Positions 48,523 through 57,369 of a DNA stretch of 64,000 nt are shown here, piece after piece; the first letter of the stretch is position 1; every line of letters starts with the position of its first letter. The position numbers and the translations under genes are program-made. The DNA is from a virus, in IMG/VR virus record IMGVR_UViG_3300037319_000172, positions 45,614 through 109,613 of that record. The stretch is one strand, 5' to 3'. Below the pieces are notes generated by a model. That model ran no database searches. It had not been told where the DNA came from and worked only from the letters and a program-made list of their open reading frames with translations.

Positions 48523-48945
48523 ATGAACAAATTAATCAACACCACCGGAATTCACACAGTTAACTACATCGACGGACGCACAGGATCTTTTCGTACTATT
48601 ACTAAATGTCGCGCAGGTTATATGACTTGTACGAACATCAGACCATTTGAAAACGATCGTGCTAACGAGAACAAAGAAGTCTTAATGACCGGATACAAGC
48701 GTAACACATTGCAAGCTATCGAATTTCAGCCAGAAGGATCAGACTACTGGTTAACTATATTCGCTAGAGTCGGTAAGACAATTAAACTAATCGACGAATC
48801 TATCCTAGTAGACTTAACAGTTGGTACTATCAACGGACTATGGGATAATACTAACTTAATGTGTATGCATCAATATAAAGCAGTTGGAGCTAAAACATGG
48901 GCCGATAAAGCCTTTACTATGAATGTAGAGGTTGAGGTTGCTTAA
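48523..48945 (+). CDS. Hypothetical early protein
   Basis: 140 aa after class E promoter. Confidence 0.75.
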   Translation: MNKLINTTGIHTVNYIDGRTGSFRTITKCRAGYMTCTNIRPFENDRANENKEVLMTGYKRNTLQAIEFQPEGSDYWLTIFARVGKTIKLIDESILVDLTVGTINGLWDNTNLMCMHQYKAVGAKTWADKAFTMNVEVEVA

Positions 48946-48964
48946 TACCTCTACTAAGGTTCCT

Positions 48965-48983
48965 ATCTATAATCATTATAAAT
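48965..48983. promoter_or_regulatory. Palindromic operator
   Basis: ATCTATAATCATTATAAAT. Confidence 0.7.
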
Positions 48984-49010
48984 AGGAATCTTTTTTACTT
49001 TAAATTGTTC

Positions 49011-49049
49011 TATATCAATTAAAATGATTATATTTACTTATAACTAATA
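49011..49049 (+). promoter_or_regulatory. Class E promoter motif
   Basis: TATATCAATTAAAATGATTATATTTACTTATAACTAATA. Confidence 0.8.
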
Positions 49050-49071
49050 GATAAACACAAAAACACTAATT

Positions 49072-49362
49072 ATGAAAAAAGCACTTAGACACTACGAACA
49101 ATGGGCAATCACTGAAAGCTTACAATTTTTAAACTCTTACCTAGACGGTGTGAAGGTTCAAGATCAAACTATCTTATGTAGAGATATTGCAGATGAATTA
49201 GACCGGACCTATTCTGCTGTTAAGATCAGAGTTTTAGAAGTTCACAGAATCCTTACTGGTGAAAAAGACTTTCCAAACGTATCTCCTAACATGGTCGTAG
49301 CAGTATCACAAATATTAAAAGAACGTAACCTTTCTACGGGTAGAGCACAATTATTATTTTAA
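49072..49362 (+). CDS. Putative helix-turn-helix protein
   Basis: CRDIADELDRTYSAVKIRV HTH-like segment. Confidence 0.55.
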   Translation: MKKALRHYEQWAITESLQFLNSYLDGVKVQDQTILCRDIADELDRTYSAVKIRVLEVHRILTGEKDFPNVSPNMVVAVSQILKERNLSTGRAQLLF

Positions 49363-49415
49363 TTGAAACTTTTTAACTATTAACGGTATAATAATAAATC
49401 AAAACAAACTATATT

Positions 49416-50552
49416 ATGAGCATTCAAACACTATCTTCAAACCTTATTACTTTACGTAAACAAGAGAGCATCAACGCTCAATCTTTACGAAGAACCCTTC
49501 CTTTCCGCGATATCAATATGATTGACGAAAAAACTATTGAGTATAAAGGTACTCGCATTGAAATTACCAAACAAGCTTTTAAATCTTTACTTTCCCTAGT
49601 AGGTATGAGTCAGTCATTTGCTGATAAGTTTACAAAGCTGTTTAACCCTGATACTAAAGCACAATTCATTAATACTATGAAGAATGCAATGGCATCTAAT
49701 TCTGGTCGTCTCAGTAACGTTACTCTGGTTCTTAACCCTACTACTAAAGCGGTTATCTTATTTGGTAAAGAAGACAAACTTCAAATATCAAACGAGCAGA
49801 TGATTAATGTTGCTGAGAATATGATCGGTGATAGTTCTATGGGAGTTTCCCGATGGGCTACTGATCCTGCAACCGGTATCATTACTATCGACGCACACAA
49901 TCCTAATGCAGAATTCAAGATATTAGGTCTTAATGAAGAGGTCTTTACTGGAGGAGTTACATTCAAAAACAGTCCGATGAAAGGATTCGAAGTAATGCCA
50001 TACGTTAACAGACAATGGTGTACTAATGGACTTACTGCTTCTATAGCATCTGAGTCTTATCAATTACACTCTTTAGATAATAAGAACATGGAAGGGTTCT
50101 TCGAGAGTATGCAAGATCTACGTCGCAACAACTACGCACCGGAAGGATTCGCAGATAGAGTTCGTCAAGCAAATGCTACACCGGCTTCAATGCAAGAAAT
50201 GAGATTCGCTCATAACTTAATAGAGAAGCATGCCGGAGAAAGAGCAGAACAATGGATACCTCTACAAGAGAATATGAATCAATATAATAAAGCCGGATTC
50301 GAGATGATGTCAAACGATCAAATGAAGATGGCTAAGAGTAATCAATCAGTATGGAGTGTTATTAATGGTGTAACCCACTTTAGTACACACGGAGCTTCTA
50401 TTATTGATACTAACATGCAACACCATAACGAAGCAGAGATCCAAGCTCGTATTGGTAACCTATTAGGCAAAAAGTCTTTCGATCACGAAAACACGATGCC
50501 AAACCCATTCAGTTCTAATGAGCTTCTACAATCAGGAGCTATGATGAACTAA
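49416..50552 (+). CDS. DUF932-like protein
   Basis: G.TFKNS......V.PYV.RQWCTNG; S.WS..NGVT.F.TH. Confidence 0.6.
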   Translation: MSIQTLSSNLITLRKQESINAQSLRRTLPFRDINMIDEKTIEYKGTRIEITKQAFKSLLSLVGMSQSFADKFTKLFNPDTKAQFINTMKNAMASNSGRLSNVTLVLNPTTKAVILFGKEDKLQISNEQMINVAENMIGDSSMGVSRWATDPATGIITIDAHNPNAEFKILGLNEEVFTGGVTFKNSPMKGFEVMPYVNRQWCTNGLTASIASESYQLHSLDNKNMEGFFESMQDLRRNNYAPEGFADRVRQANATPASMQEMRFAHNLIEKHAGERAEQWIPLQENMNQYNKAGFEMMSNDQMKMAKSNQSVWSVINGVTHFSTHGASIIDTNMQHHNEAEIQARIGNLLGKKSFDHENTMPNPFSSNELLQSGAMMN

Positions 50553-50576
50553 ATATAGTTTGATTTTATAATTATA

Positions 50577-50647
50577 AGTAAGGGTGGCGTTGTTTCCATC
50601 CTTTCTTTTAGACAGAGTAAGGCTGGCGTAGTTTCCAGCCTTTCTTA
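50577..50647 (+). terminator. Tandem duplicated terminator-like hairpins
   Basis: aagggtgg-cgttgttt-ccatcctt-tctttt and aaggctgg-cgtagttt-ccagcctt-tctt. Confidence 0.7.
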
Positions 50648-50664
50648 TGAAGTTCGGCCAGCCT

Positions 50665-50683
50665 ATCTATAATCATTATAAAT
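50665..50683. promoter_or_regulatory. Palindromic operator
   Basis: ATCTATAATCATTATAAAT. Confidence 0.7.
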
Positions 50684-50712
50684 TATAAATCAGTTGCCTT
50701 TAAATTGTCAGG

Positions 50713-50750
50713 TATCAATTAAAATGTTTATATTTACATATAACTAATAA
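50713..50750 (+). promoter_or_regulatory. Class E promoter motif
   Basis: TATCAATTAAAATGTTTATATTTACATATAACTAATAA. Confidence 0.8.
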
Positions 50751-50767
50751 TCATTAAAACACCAATT

Positions 50768-51052
50768 ATGAAATACGCACAAATCCTTTTCCACATCGCA
50801 AATTCAAACTTATCTTCAGAAGAATTAGTAACTCTTAACTCTTTCGTTATAGATACTCTTAAAGCTAAACGTAACATGGAAGGAGCTCTAATCAAGCAAT
50901 CTCTTAGAGTTGGTTCTACAGTTATGGTAGATCATCCAAATCAAAAAGGAATTAAATTCACTGTTGAATCTATTAGAAGAACTAAAGCTACTATCGTAGA
51001 TGGATCAGGAACTAGAGCTAGTGCTCCCTTGAATATGTTAATTCCAATGTAA
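50768..51052 (+). CDS. Small SH3/KOW-like early protein
   Basis: LRVGSTVMV......FTVESIRRTKATI. Confidence 0.6.
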   Translation: MKYAQILFHIANSNLSSEELVTLNSFVIDTLKAKRNMEGALIKQSLRVGSTVMVDHPNQKGIKFTVESIRRTKATIVDGSGTRASAPLNMLIPM

Positions 51053-51080
51053 TTGCAAAATATATGTTTAAAAGTTTTCA

Positions 51081-51121
51081 TATATCAATAAAAAAACTTA
51101 TATTTACCTATAACTAATAAA
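51081..51121 (+). promoter_or_regulatory. Class E promoter motif
   Basis: TATATCAATAAAAAAACTTATATTTACCTATAACTAATAAA. Confidence 0.75.
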
Positions 51122-51132
51122 CACACCACAAT

Positions 51133-52224
51133 ATGCAACAATACATGATTACCCAGACCGAGAACTTTTACACCTTAACAAATGTAACTACCGGACAAAC
51201 TTTAGAAATCAGAGCTTCTCACGACAAGTTCCAATATGTAGAGAAAGAAGATTTAAAAGGCGAGCGTATCATAAACATAAATGGTGGCAAGTTTACCTCA
51301 TCAAAAGACTACAGACAATACTATAAGAAAGCAAACGCTCCAGTAGCAATTCCAAAGGCTCCAGTAGTAGTTACCTTAACCAAGTTAGACGACTTAGAGA
51401 TCAACGACAGTCTATTCATTCCGATGAAGACCAATACAGTATTTGACAAGTTCGTATCTACAGACGGTGGCTTTATGCCGGGTACAAACATCATGGCAGC
51501 CGGAGCACCCGGTGTCGGCAAGACTACAGTCCTATTAGACTTACTAGCAAACCAACACGAAGCTGGTAAGAAGGTCTTATTTATCTCTGCTGAAATGTCT
51601 CAGATCGACATGGCAAGATACCTAAAAAGATTTCCAAGATGGGGTCAATTACCTATCTTATTCTTAGCAGACTACACAGACTCTTGTCCACAAACCGTAA
51701 TCAACCAAGTCCTAAACGAAGGATATGATTTGGTCCTAACAGACTCTTATACAGAAGTAAACGACACAGTAAAAGAAGCTTGTAACCTAACCCGTGGTAA
51801 AGTGGAAAAATGGTTCCTAGATCTTATGATCGCCCACAACAAAGGTGGTAACAAGGCAAGTATCTATACTACCTTTATAACTATTTTACAATTATCTAAA
51901 GGAGGTACTTTCGTTGGCTCAAACAAATTAAAGCATATGACCACTTCGATGATGAAACTAGATTGGGAAGGCGGAGAGAATGCAGGTCGAAGATACATGG
52001 AATTCTCAAAGAACCGATGTGGCTCAGTAAATAAAAAACTATACTTTACTATAGAGGATGGAGTAGGATTCGACGAAGCCCGATACGCTAGAGACCTATT
52101 CAACGACGAGTTAGTATCTACAGAAAAGAAAGCATTAGAGTCAGAAGCAAACGCCTTTGACAAGTTATTTGGATTCGACGCAGAGGTTGACTCAGAAGAG
52201 CTAGCCGCAGATATAAAAGAATAA
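51133..52224 (+). CDS. RadA/Sms-like RecA-fold ATPase (no Zn finger, no Lon-like domain)
   Basis: GAPGVGKTT, LFISAEMS, TDS, K.G.FVGS..LKH, SKNR.G. Confidence 0.75.
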   Translation: MQQYMITQTENFYTLTNVTTGQTLEIRASHDKFQYVEKEDLKGERIININGGKFTSSKDYRQYYKKANAPVAIPKAPVVVTLTKLDDLEINDSLFIPMKTNTVFDKFVSTDGGFMPGTNIMAAGAPGVGKTTVLLDLLANQHEAGKKVLFISAEMSQIDMARYLKRFPRWGQLPILFLADYTDSCPQTVINQVLNEGYDLVLTDSYTEVNDTVKEACNLTRGKVEKWFLDLMIAHNKGGNKASIYTTFITILQLSKGGTFVGSNKLKHMTTSMMKLDWEGGENAGRRYMEFSKNRCGSVNKKLYFTIEDGVGFDEARYARDLFNDELVSTEKKALESEANAFDKLFGFDAEVDSEELAADIKE

Positions 52225-52241
52225 AGGTAGATTATTAGTTA

Positions 52242-52278
52242 AGAATCCTGACAAAATGTGGTGTTTCTGTCAGGATTC
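52242..52278. terminator. Strong hairpin after RadA-like gene
   Basis: gaatcctgaca...tgtcaggattc 11-bp stem. Confidence 0.6.
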
Positions 52279-52907
52279 GCCCTATTTGGGGGATTGTATG
52301 GCCCAAAGGGAAACTAGGGTACTTTTTGGCTCCTTAGAGTACTCGCAGTCATGGTAAAATTCGCTCCTGGTGGGTGAGCCAATTGGGCGTGGGGTTTAAG
52401 GTACCTGTAGGAACATTACTTAAAGGCTTACTTATATCAATTTATGAGGTAATAGGAGTACCCTTAGATACTATGAGGTACCTTACAGGCTTAGGATACA
52501 AGGGAGTGGCTATCTTTTATATCTTATAGAATACGGGGTACATGGGTAGCTTACTTACTTATACTCTTATATAGGCTTATGTGTATATCTCTTTTATTTA
52601 GGTTTACCGTATTACGTGGATTGTTGTTTACTTGTCTTCTCTTGTCTCTTCTTAGATTCTTATTATTTGTATTGTTTTGGGGAAGCTTTCTTCCTTTCTT
52701 TTTATTATATTTTTATTGTTGTTTTGCTTGCACTTCTTGAGCTCCCATACTGCTGGCTCTATTATCTATTTACTAGAACCTCTGGTTTACCTGGTTATCC
52801 TGGTTGGTTCCTCGTGTTTGTGGTACATATTTATACTTCTTTAGGATCGGGTTCTTAAGGAGTGAGCCTATATATCTTGCTTTCTTTTTGTCACCTGTAG
52901 AGGTCTT

Positions 52908-52926
52908 ATCTATATTGATTATAAAT
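52908..52926. promoter_or_regulatory. Palindromic operator (degenerate)
   Basis: ATCTATATTGATTATAAAT; core 43 nt from the promoter element. Confidence 0.55.
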
Positions 52927-52965
52927 AACCTTTTGATTGAAAAGAAAGAGCCTAGGATTTTACGG

Positions 52966-53004
52966 AATCAATTAAAATGCTTATATTTACTTATAACTAA
53001 TAAA
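52966..53004 (+). promoter_or_regulatory. Class E promoter motif
   Basis: AATCAATTAAAATGCTTATATTTACTTATAACTAATAAA. Confidence 0.78.
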
Positions 53005-53014
53005 CACACTTACT

Positions 53015-53194
53015 ATGACATTCCAGACTGAAAGAACTATCGAGAGAATGATTACTGAAGACGGACAAATTGATATTACTATTGTAGATCAAGAGACCGG
53101 AGAATCTGAAGACATCTTACTAGTAAACGATAACTGGGAGTTTGTAAAGTCTGAGATTGAAGGTTATGAGAATGGCTACGATGTCTACTTATAA
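53015..53194 (+). CDS. Small highly acidic early protein (59 aa, not in track)
   Basis: MTFQTERTIERMITEDGQIDITIVDQETGESEDILLVNDNWEFVKSEIEGYENGYDVYL directly after class E promoter. Confidence 0.7.
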   Translation: MTFQTERTIERMITEDGQIDITIVDQETGESEDILLVNDNWEFVKSEIEGYENGYDVYL

Positions 53195-53230
53195 ACCTTT
53201 CTTTATACTAACTATTAAATCTATTTCATC

Positions 53231-53755
53231 ATGAATTTCCCACACCACTCTGGCCTTTCTAGTACTCGTAAAAAATACTCTGATACTTATTTAGAAGATA
53301 CCGCTAGAGTCATATCAACTCTTTGTAAATTAGAAAACTGTGGCTGGCATAATAAAGCTATTCGTCAGTTACTTGGTGGCTTTCAACATTGTATCGAACG
53401 CGAAGAAGGCTATCAATATGGTTTGAGTGAAGGCTTTATGGAGAATGTAGAATTGGCAACTGGTACCCGATATAACCCTAATTCTAAAGCATTTAGAGTA
53501 GAGCATGCGGTTCCTTTAATCTGTATTATTAAACATATTAGAGATACTGAATTTGATACTATTGACTCTCTTGTTTCTTTCTTAAAAGATGAGTTTTCTA
53601 TCTACCTTATTACTTTAGAAGAAGACCTTTTATTATCAGATGCTGGACTTGGTATGAAACAACCTGAAGGCTCTACTGTATTTGATATGACTGCTAGATA
53701 TGATGCTGTCGGTATTAAAACTTTTAGAAAACCTGGCATCGTTATTAACTCTTAA
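53231..53755 (+). CDS. Hypothetical protein, possible degenerate HNH-fold
   Basis: VEHAVP...LIT.EED..L...G....P....RY...GI. Confidence 0.5.
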   Translation: MNFPHHSGLSSTRKKYSDTYLEDTARVISTLCKLENCGWHNKAIRQLLGGFQHCIEREEGYQYGLSEGFMENVELATGTRYNPNSKAFRVEHAVPLICIIKHIRDTEFDTIDSLVSFLKDEFSIYLITLEEDLLLSDAGLGMKQPEGSTVFDMTARYDAVGIKTFRKPGIVINS

Positions 53756-53766
53756 AATATTTAATT

Positions 53767-53919
53767 ATGACTATCTATACTGTACTACCTTATTATTATA
53801 GAACCTCTATAATGGAGGGTTCTGTGAAATCCTTTACTACTTATGATGCTGCTGTTTCTTATGCAGATGATACTAGTGATTGTTGTTCTATTGTTGAAAG
53901 CGAAATTTCTGGTTTTTAA
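53767..53919 (+). CDS. Small protein, paralog of 53996-54280 (50 aa, not in track)
   Basis: MTIYTVLP...VKSFTTY..A..YA.D..D...I.E.E..GF. Confidence 0.7.
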   Translation: MTIYTVLPYYYRTSIMEGSVKSFTTYDAAVSYADDTSDCCSIVESEISGF

Positions 53920-53945
53920 TTAAAATAAGTCACCTTAGATTTTTT

Positions 53946-53986
53946 TATATCAATTAAAATGCTTATATTTACTTATAACTAATAAA
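53946..53986 (+). promoter_or_regulatory. Class E promoter motif
   Basis: TATATCAATTAAAATGCTTATATTTACTTATAACTAATAAA. Confidence 0.8.
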
Positions 53987-53995
53987 CATATAATT

Positions 53996-54280
53996 ATGAC
54001 TATTTATACCGTAATACCTTTATCTCTTGTTGAAGACATTCTTAATAACAAGAACACTGTGAAATCTTTTACTGACTACGAAAAAGCTCGTATTTATGCC
54101 GAAGACTCTACTGATATTAGAACTATTATTGAAAATGAAGTTGTTGGTTTTGTTGAAGATGCAGAAATGCTTGCATGTAAGCATTTAATAAACGGTACAT
54201 ATCAAGTTGTTGGTCTGGTTTCAGGTACTGTGTATCTACAAGACACTTATACAGTATGTCAAGAATGGATGAATTTATAA
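53996..54280 (+). CDS. Hypothetical early protein
   Basis: 94 aa. Confidence 0.7.
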   Translation: MTIYTVIPLSLVEDILNNKNTVKSFTDYEKARIYAEDSTDIRTIIENEVVGFVEDAEMLACKHLINGTYQVVGLVSGTVYLQDTYTVCQEWMNL

Positions 54281-54290
54281 ATAATTAATT

Positions 54291-54668
54291 ATGAAAGAAT
54301 ATACAAAAGACGTTGAACAATTCAACAAACAATTTAAAGAACGATTAGACCGCATGGAGCGTACTATTTGGGTTGAAGAACTATTTAAGAAACCATGGCC
54401 ATGTAGTGATGACAAAAAACCACTAACTCCTAAATTAGCTAACTACATGATTGGAGATACTGATGATTACGGAAGATTAGTACATATCAAAGGAAGATGG
54501 AGTGGTTACTCACCAAGACATGCTTCAATGAGAGCAGCTATTCAATTAGATAGTGTAGAAATATACATTACTGGCTTTTATACAGCAGAACTTATTACTG
54601 ATGAGGATAAAGATGATCGTATTGCTGATCTACAAAGACAAATAGACGAACTAACTACTTTAAACTAA
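54291..54668 (+). CDS. Hypothetical early protein
   Basis: 125 aa. Confidence 0.7.
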   Translation: MKEYTKDVEQFNKQFKERLDRMERTIWVEELFKKPWPCSDDKKPLTPKLANYMIGDTDDYGRLVHIKGRWSGYSPRHASMRAAIQLDSVEIYITGFYTAELITDEDKDDRIADLQRQIDELTTLN

Positions 54669-54672
54669 TATT

Positions 54673-54990
54673 ATGAAAGAATTTAATTGGATAGAAGAAT
54701 TAAAAGAAAAGTCTTTAAAGTATGATTGTCATGGTAATCATGATAACTTTAGAGTGTTTGGTTTTAAAGGTGATATCAATAGGTATCTTAGACATTCTGA
54801 GAAATTTAACGGGGAAGAACGAATATTTAATTCATTAGCAGATAGAAAACTAGAATGGCAAAGACACCTTGACGCATCTATCTTAATATACACAATGTAT
54901 AGTGGCTCATTAAACTGGAACTCATTATATAGAAACTCAAAAGGAGTATACTTTAAAAAAGGTACTGATAAATTTTACATTAAAGAATAA
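54673..54990 (+). CDS. Hypothetical early protein
   Basis: 105 aa. Confidence 0.7.
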   Translation: MKEFNWIEELKEKSLKYDCHGNHDNFRVFGFKGDINRYLRHSEKFNGEERIFNSLADRKLEWQRHLDASILIYTMYSGSLNWNSLYRNSKGVYFKKGTDKFYIKE

Positions 54991-54997
54991 ACAAAAC

Positions 54998-55225
54998 ATG
55001 AAAAGACCATTGATTACACCAGACCAAATCGTTGAAGAGATTGGCTCCTTAACAGATATTCAAGAGATTGCAAACTACTTATATGTCAACTTTGATAGAG
55101 TCACTGGACTAGATCTTGACAGAAGAGACGAATCAATAATATTCCCGGATGAGATTTATGAAATAACAGATCATTATGAATTAGATGAGTTTGATTTCGT
55201 CGAAGAGTGGGAACTTTGTTACTAA
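54998..55225 (+). CDS. Highly acidic small protein
   Basis: 75 aa, D/E- and aromatic-rich. Confidence 0.7.
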   Translation: MKRPLITPDQIVEEIGSLTDIQEIANYLYVNFDRVTGLDLDRRDESIIFPDEIYEITDHYELDEFDFVEEWELCY

Positions 55226-55243
55226 CTAATAAAACTATATAAA

Positions 55244-55414
55244 ATGAAAACAACAGGAAGATGGTCAGAACATGAAGAACTAGAACTAACACCAGAAAAA
55301 CCTTTCTTAGAAGATATCTATGAGGATATGGCAAAGATTGATAAACACTACAACAAAACAACGGCAGCTTATATAAAAAAGAAGATGTGTGCTGCTATAT
55401 TAGGTAACATCTAA
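55244..55414 (+). CDS. Small hypothetical protein (56 aa, not in track)
   Basis: MKTTGRWSEHEELELTPEKPFLEDIYEDM... Confidence 0.55.
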   Translation: MKTTGRWSEHEELELTPEKPFLEDIYEDMAKIDKHYNKTTAAYIKKKMCAAILGNI

Positions 55415-55457
55415 ACAAAATTAAAATAAACAGTATAACTTTAAAATAAATAGAAAT

Positions 55458-55676
55458 ATGATTCCAAATTATAAAACAGTATTATCAGAAACAGCAACAT
55501 TAGAAGAAATAGCAGCTTATATCTTTGATAACTATAACAATGATCCTGAATTCTTAGCAGCTTTGAATTATGAAAGAATGCCATTTCCTGATGGAGTACA
55601 AGAAGTATTAGACGCTCATGATGTACTTGTTGATGAATTATTAGATGCTATGACCAAGTATATTCAGACTTACTAA
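55458..55676 (+). CDS. Acidic small protein, paralog of 54998-55225
   Basis: shared EIA.Y...N...FPD...E..D pattern; AAAC-N17-TATAAC upstream. Confidence 0.65.
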   Translation: MIPNYKTVLSETATLEEIAAYIFDNYNNDPEFLAALNYERMPFPDGVQEVLDAHDVLVDELLDAMTKYIQTY

Positions 55677-56167
55677 TCACAAATTAATTTAACTTCTTCA
55701 AAAGCCTCAACCTCCCACGGTCTACTCATGTATTCTGTGGTAAAGGGGTATAGTTTGCCTTTCCATATAAATCCTTCTCTTACTCTCTTTAAATCTCCAC
55801 TCCAAATCTGATTAACATGCACTAATTCGTGTATTAAAGTTTCTTCTAAATCATACTCTGTATATATTGGATTTAGATCAATGATAAACCAACCACTCGA
55901 GATCTCTCGGGTAATTCCTAGAATCCTAGGATAAAGGGGTGAGTATTTAATTAGAACCACAGGTTGTTGAAAGAGAGGGACCCTAAAGAACTTTTCATTA
56001 AGCTGTATTGTTGAACTTGTAATAAGTCTTTCTATCCCTGGATCTGGTTTTAAAATCTGTCCACTAAGTTGTAACGAAAACAAAAGCACTATAATAAACC
56101 TCCACATGATTATTTGTATATTTTTAATTTCTTTAAAGAATATAAGATACTGTGTATTGCAAAACAA
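55673..56167 (-). CDS. Zincin-like metallopeptidase with signal peptide (probable start MWRFII, ~56107)
   Basis: TLIHELVHVNQ (HExxH), Y..RPWEVEA. Confidence 0.7.
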   Translation of the reverse strand: MFCNTQYLIFFKEIKNIQIIMWRFIIVLLFSLQLSGQILKPDPGIERLITSSTIQLNEKFFRVPLFQQPVVLIKYSPLYPRILGITREISSGWFIIDLNPIYTEYDLEETLIHELVHVNQIWSGDLKRVREGFIWKGKLYPFTTEYMSRPWEVEAFEEVKLICD

Positions 56168-56565
56168 AGGACTGCAACTGATTCAAACCAAAATAAAGTA
56201 ATGGCCGGTATCAGGAAGGCAGCTGATATTACTGGTAAAGCTAAGTAGTTAAATCTCTTGTCCTTTATTATATTGTATGTTGTGTATATAAAGAATAAAC
56301 CAGCTACTATATTGTGGGTCCATGTAAAATCATAAGTATTAAAGCTTGCAACCCCAATAAGAAGCAACCCAGATATGACATTGTCACTCACAGCGTAACT
56401 TAAGCCAACTAATAGTAAACCAATCAATAGGATATAAGAAGCTTCCGTATCGTGATATACACTAAATGAATATTTGATTATACCTGTTTCTATATAAAGA
56501 GCTAGCGGTAAGAATACCACAGTAACTGAGCATAATAAGTTAAATAGAATACCGAGTCTCTTCAA
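56110..56565 (-). CDS. Multi-pass membrane protein
   Basis: ~5 hydrophobic segments, S.Y..T and H...A..FF motifs. Confidence 0.6.
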   Translation of the reverse strand: MKRLGILFNLLCSVTVVFLPLALYIETGIIKYSFSVYHDTEASYILLIGLLLVGLSYAVSDNVISGLLLIGVASFNTYDFTWTHNIVAGLFFIYTTYNIIKDKRFNYLALPVISAAFLIPAITLFWFESVAVLCFAIHSILYSLKKLKIYK

Positions 56566-56608
56566 TTTGTGTTAATATCTTTATCTATGTATCCAGATTA
56601 TTAAGCAC

Positions 56609-56638
56609 AAAAAACCCTACTTATTAAGGTAGGGTTAA
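56609..56638 (-). terminator. Intrinsic terminator
   Basis: aaccctac-cttaataa-gtagggtt-tttt. Confidence 0.75.
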
Positions 56639-56645
56639 ATTCTTT

Positions 56646-56759
56646 CTATTTATTTCTATTTCTTATCCATTTTACTGCAGAAACACCAGTTAATAGTATT
56701 CCAAATGCTGAAAATACTCCTATTAATATAAGTAGTATTGTTGTAGATATTGCTTCCAT
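56646..56759 (-). CDS. Single-TM membrane peptide (37 aa, not in track)
   Basis: MEAISTTILLILIGVFSAFGILLTGVSAVKWIRNRNK. Confidence 0.5.
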   Translation of the reverse strand: MEAISTTILLILIGVFSAFGILLTGVSAVKWIRNRNK

Positions 56760-56764
56760 TATTG

Positions 56765-56965
56765 TTATTTTAAGTCCTTACTAAGAACATTCATAAAATT
56801 ATCGAAGTTATGCTTACCATATTCTTCTCTAAGTACTTTTCCAACAGCAAGGGCAAAGTCTTTATATCCCATAGAGTCATCTATTTTTATAATAGCTTTA
56901 TCTATTGCAGTTGCTAATGAATCTGAATCTTTAGATTCGTTAATAAATTCTTCAAACTTTTTCAT
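56765..56965 (-). CDS. Putative internal head protein
   Basis: MKKFEEFINES leader. Confidence 0.6.
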   Translation of the reverse strand: MKKFEEFINESKDSDSLATAIDKAIIKIDDSMGYKDFALAVGKVLREEYGKHNFDNFMNVLSKDLK

Positions 56966-56973
56966 AATATTTT

Positions 56974-57360
56974 CTATAATTCACCTGCTTTAAATGCCTT
57001 GTATAATAATCCAAGATCTCCAAGAACAGAACCTGTTGAACCTAAATAATCTCCAACCTCATCACTAAAATCTAAATCTGAACCGTTATTTCCAGACATA
57101 ATCTTTAATTTGTAAGGAGATCTGTTATTTCTAGCTGAGTATGTATATTGCAAAACATCACCGTTACTAAAATTAATTTCAACAGCGGTTTCGTTTTCTC
57201 CAATATCACCTTCAACCTCTAATATAGTAATAGGCTGTGCTACTATTTTAAATTTACTTATTGCTTTTTTCTCGTCTCTTTCTGAGAACGGCTCTTCAAC
57301 GTCTACATCAAATCTTGCAGCTTCACTTATATAACTTTCAAATAATTGTACTTTCTTCAT
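56974..57360 (-). CDS. Putative internal head protein
   Basis: MKKVQLFESYISEA leader. Confidence 0.6.
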   Translation of the reverse strand: MKKVQLFESYISEAARFDVDVEEPFSERDEKKAISKFKIVAQPITILEVEGDIGENETAVEINFSNGDVLQYTYSARNNRSPYKLKIMSGNNGSDLDFSDEVGDYLGSTGSVLGDLGLLYKAFKAGEL

Positions 57361-57369
57361 AATATTGTT

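Noticed and set aside
52616-53031. Hydrophobic ORFs 52616-52858 and 52804-53031
   Set aside because: Arise from a T-rich low-complexity tract and run across a promoter; the real gene starts at 53015
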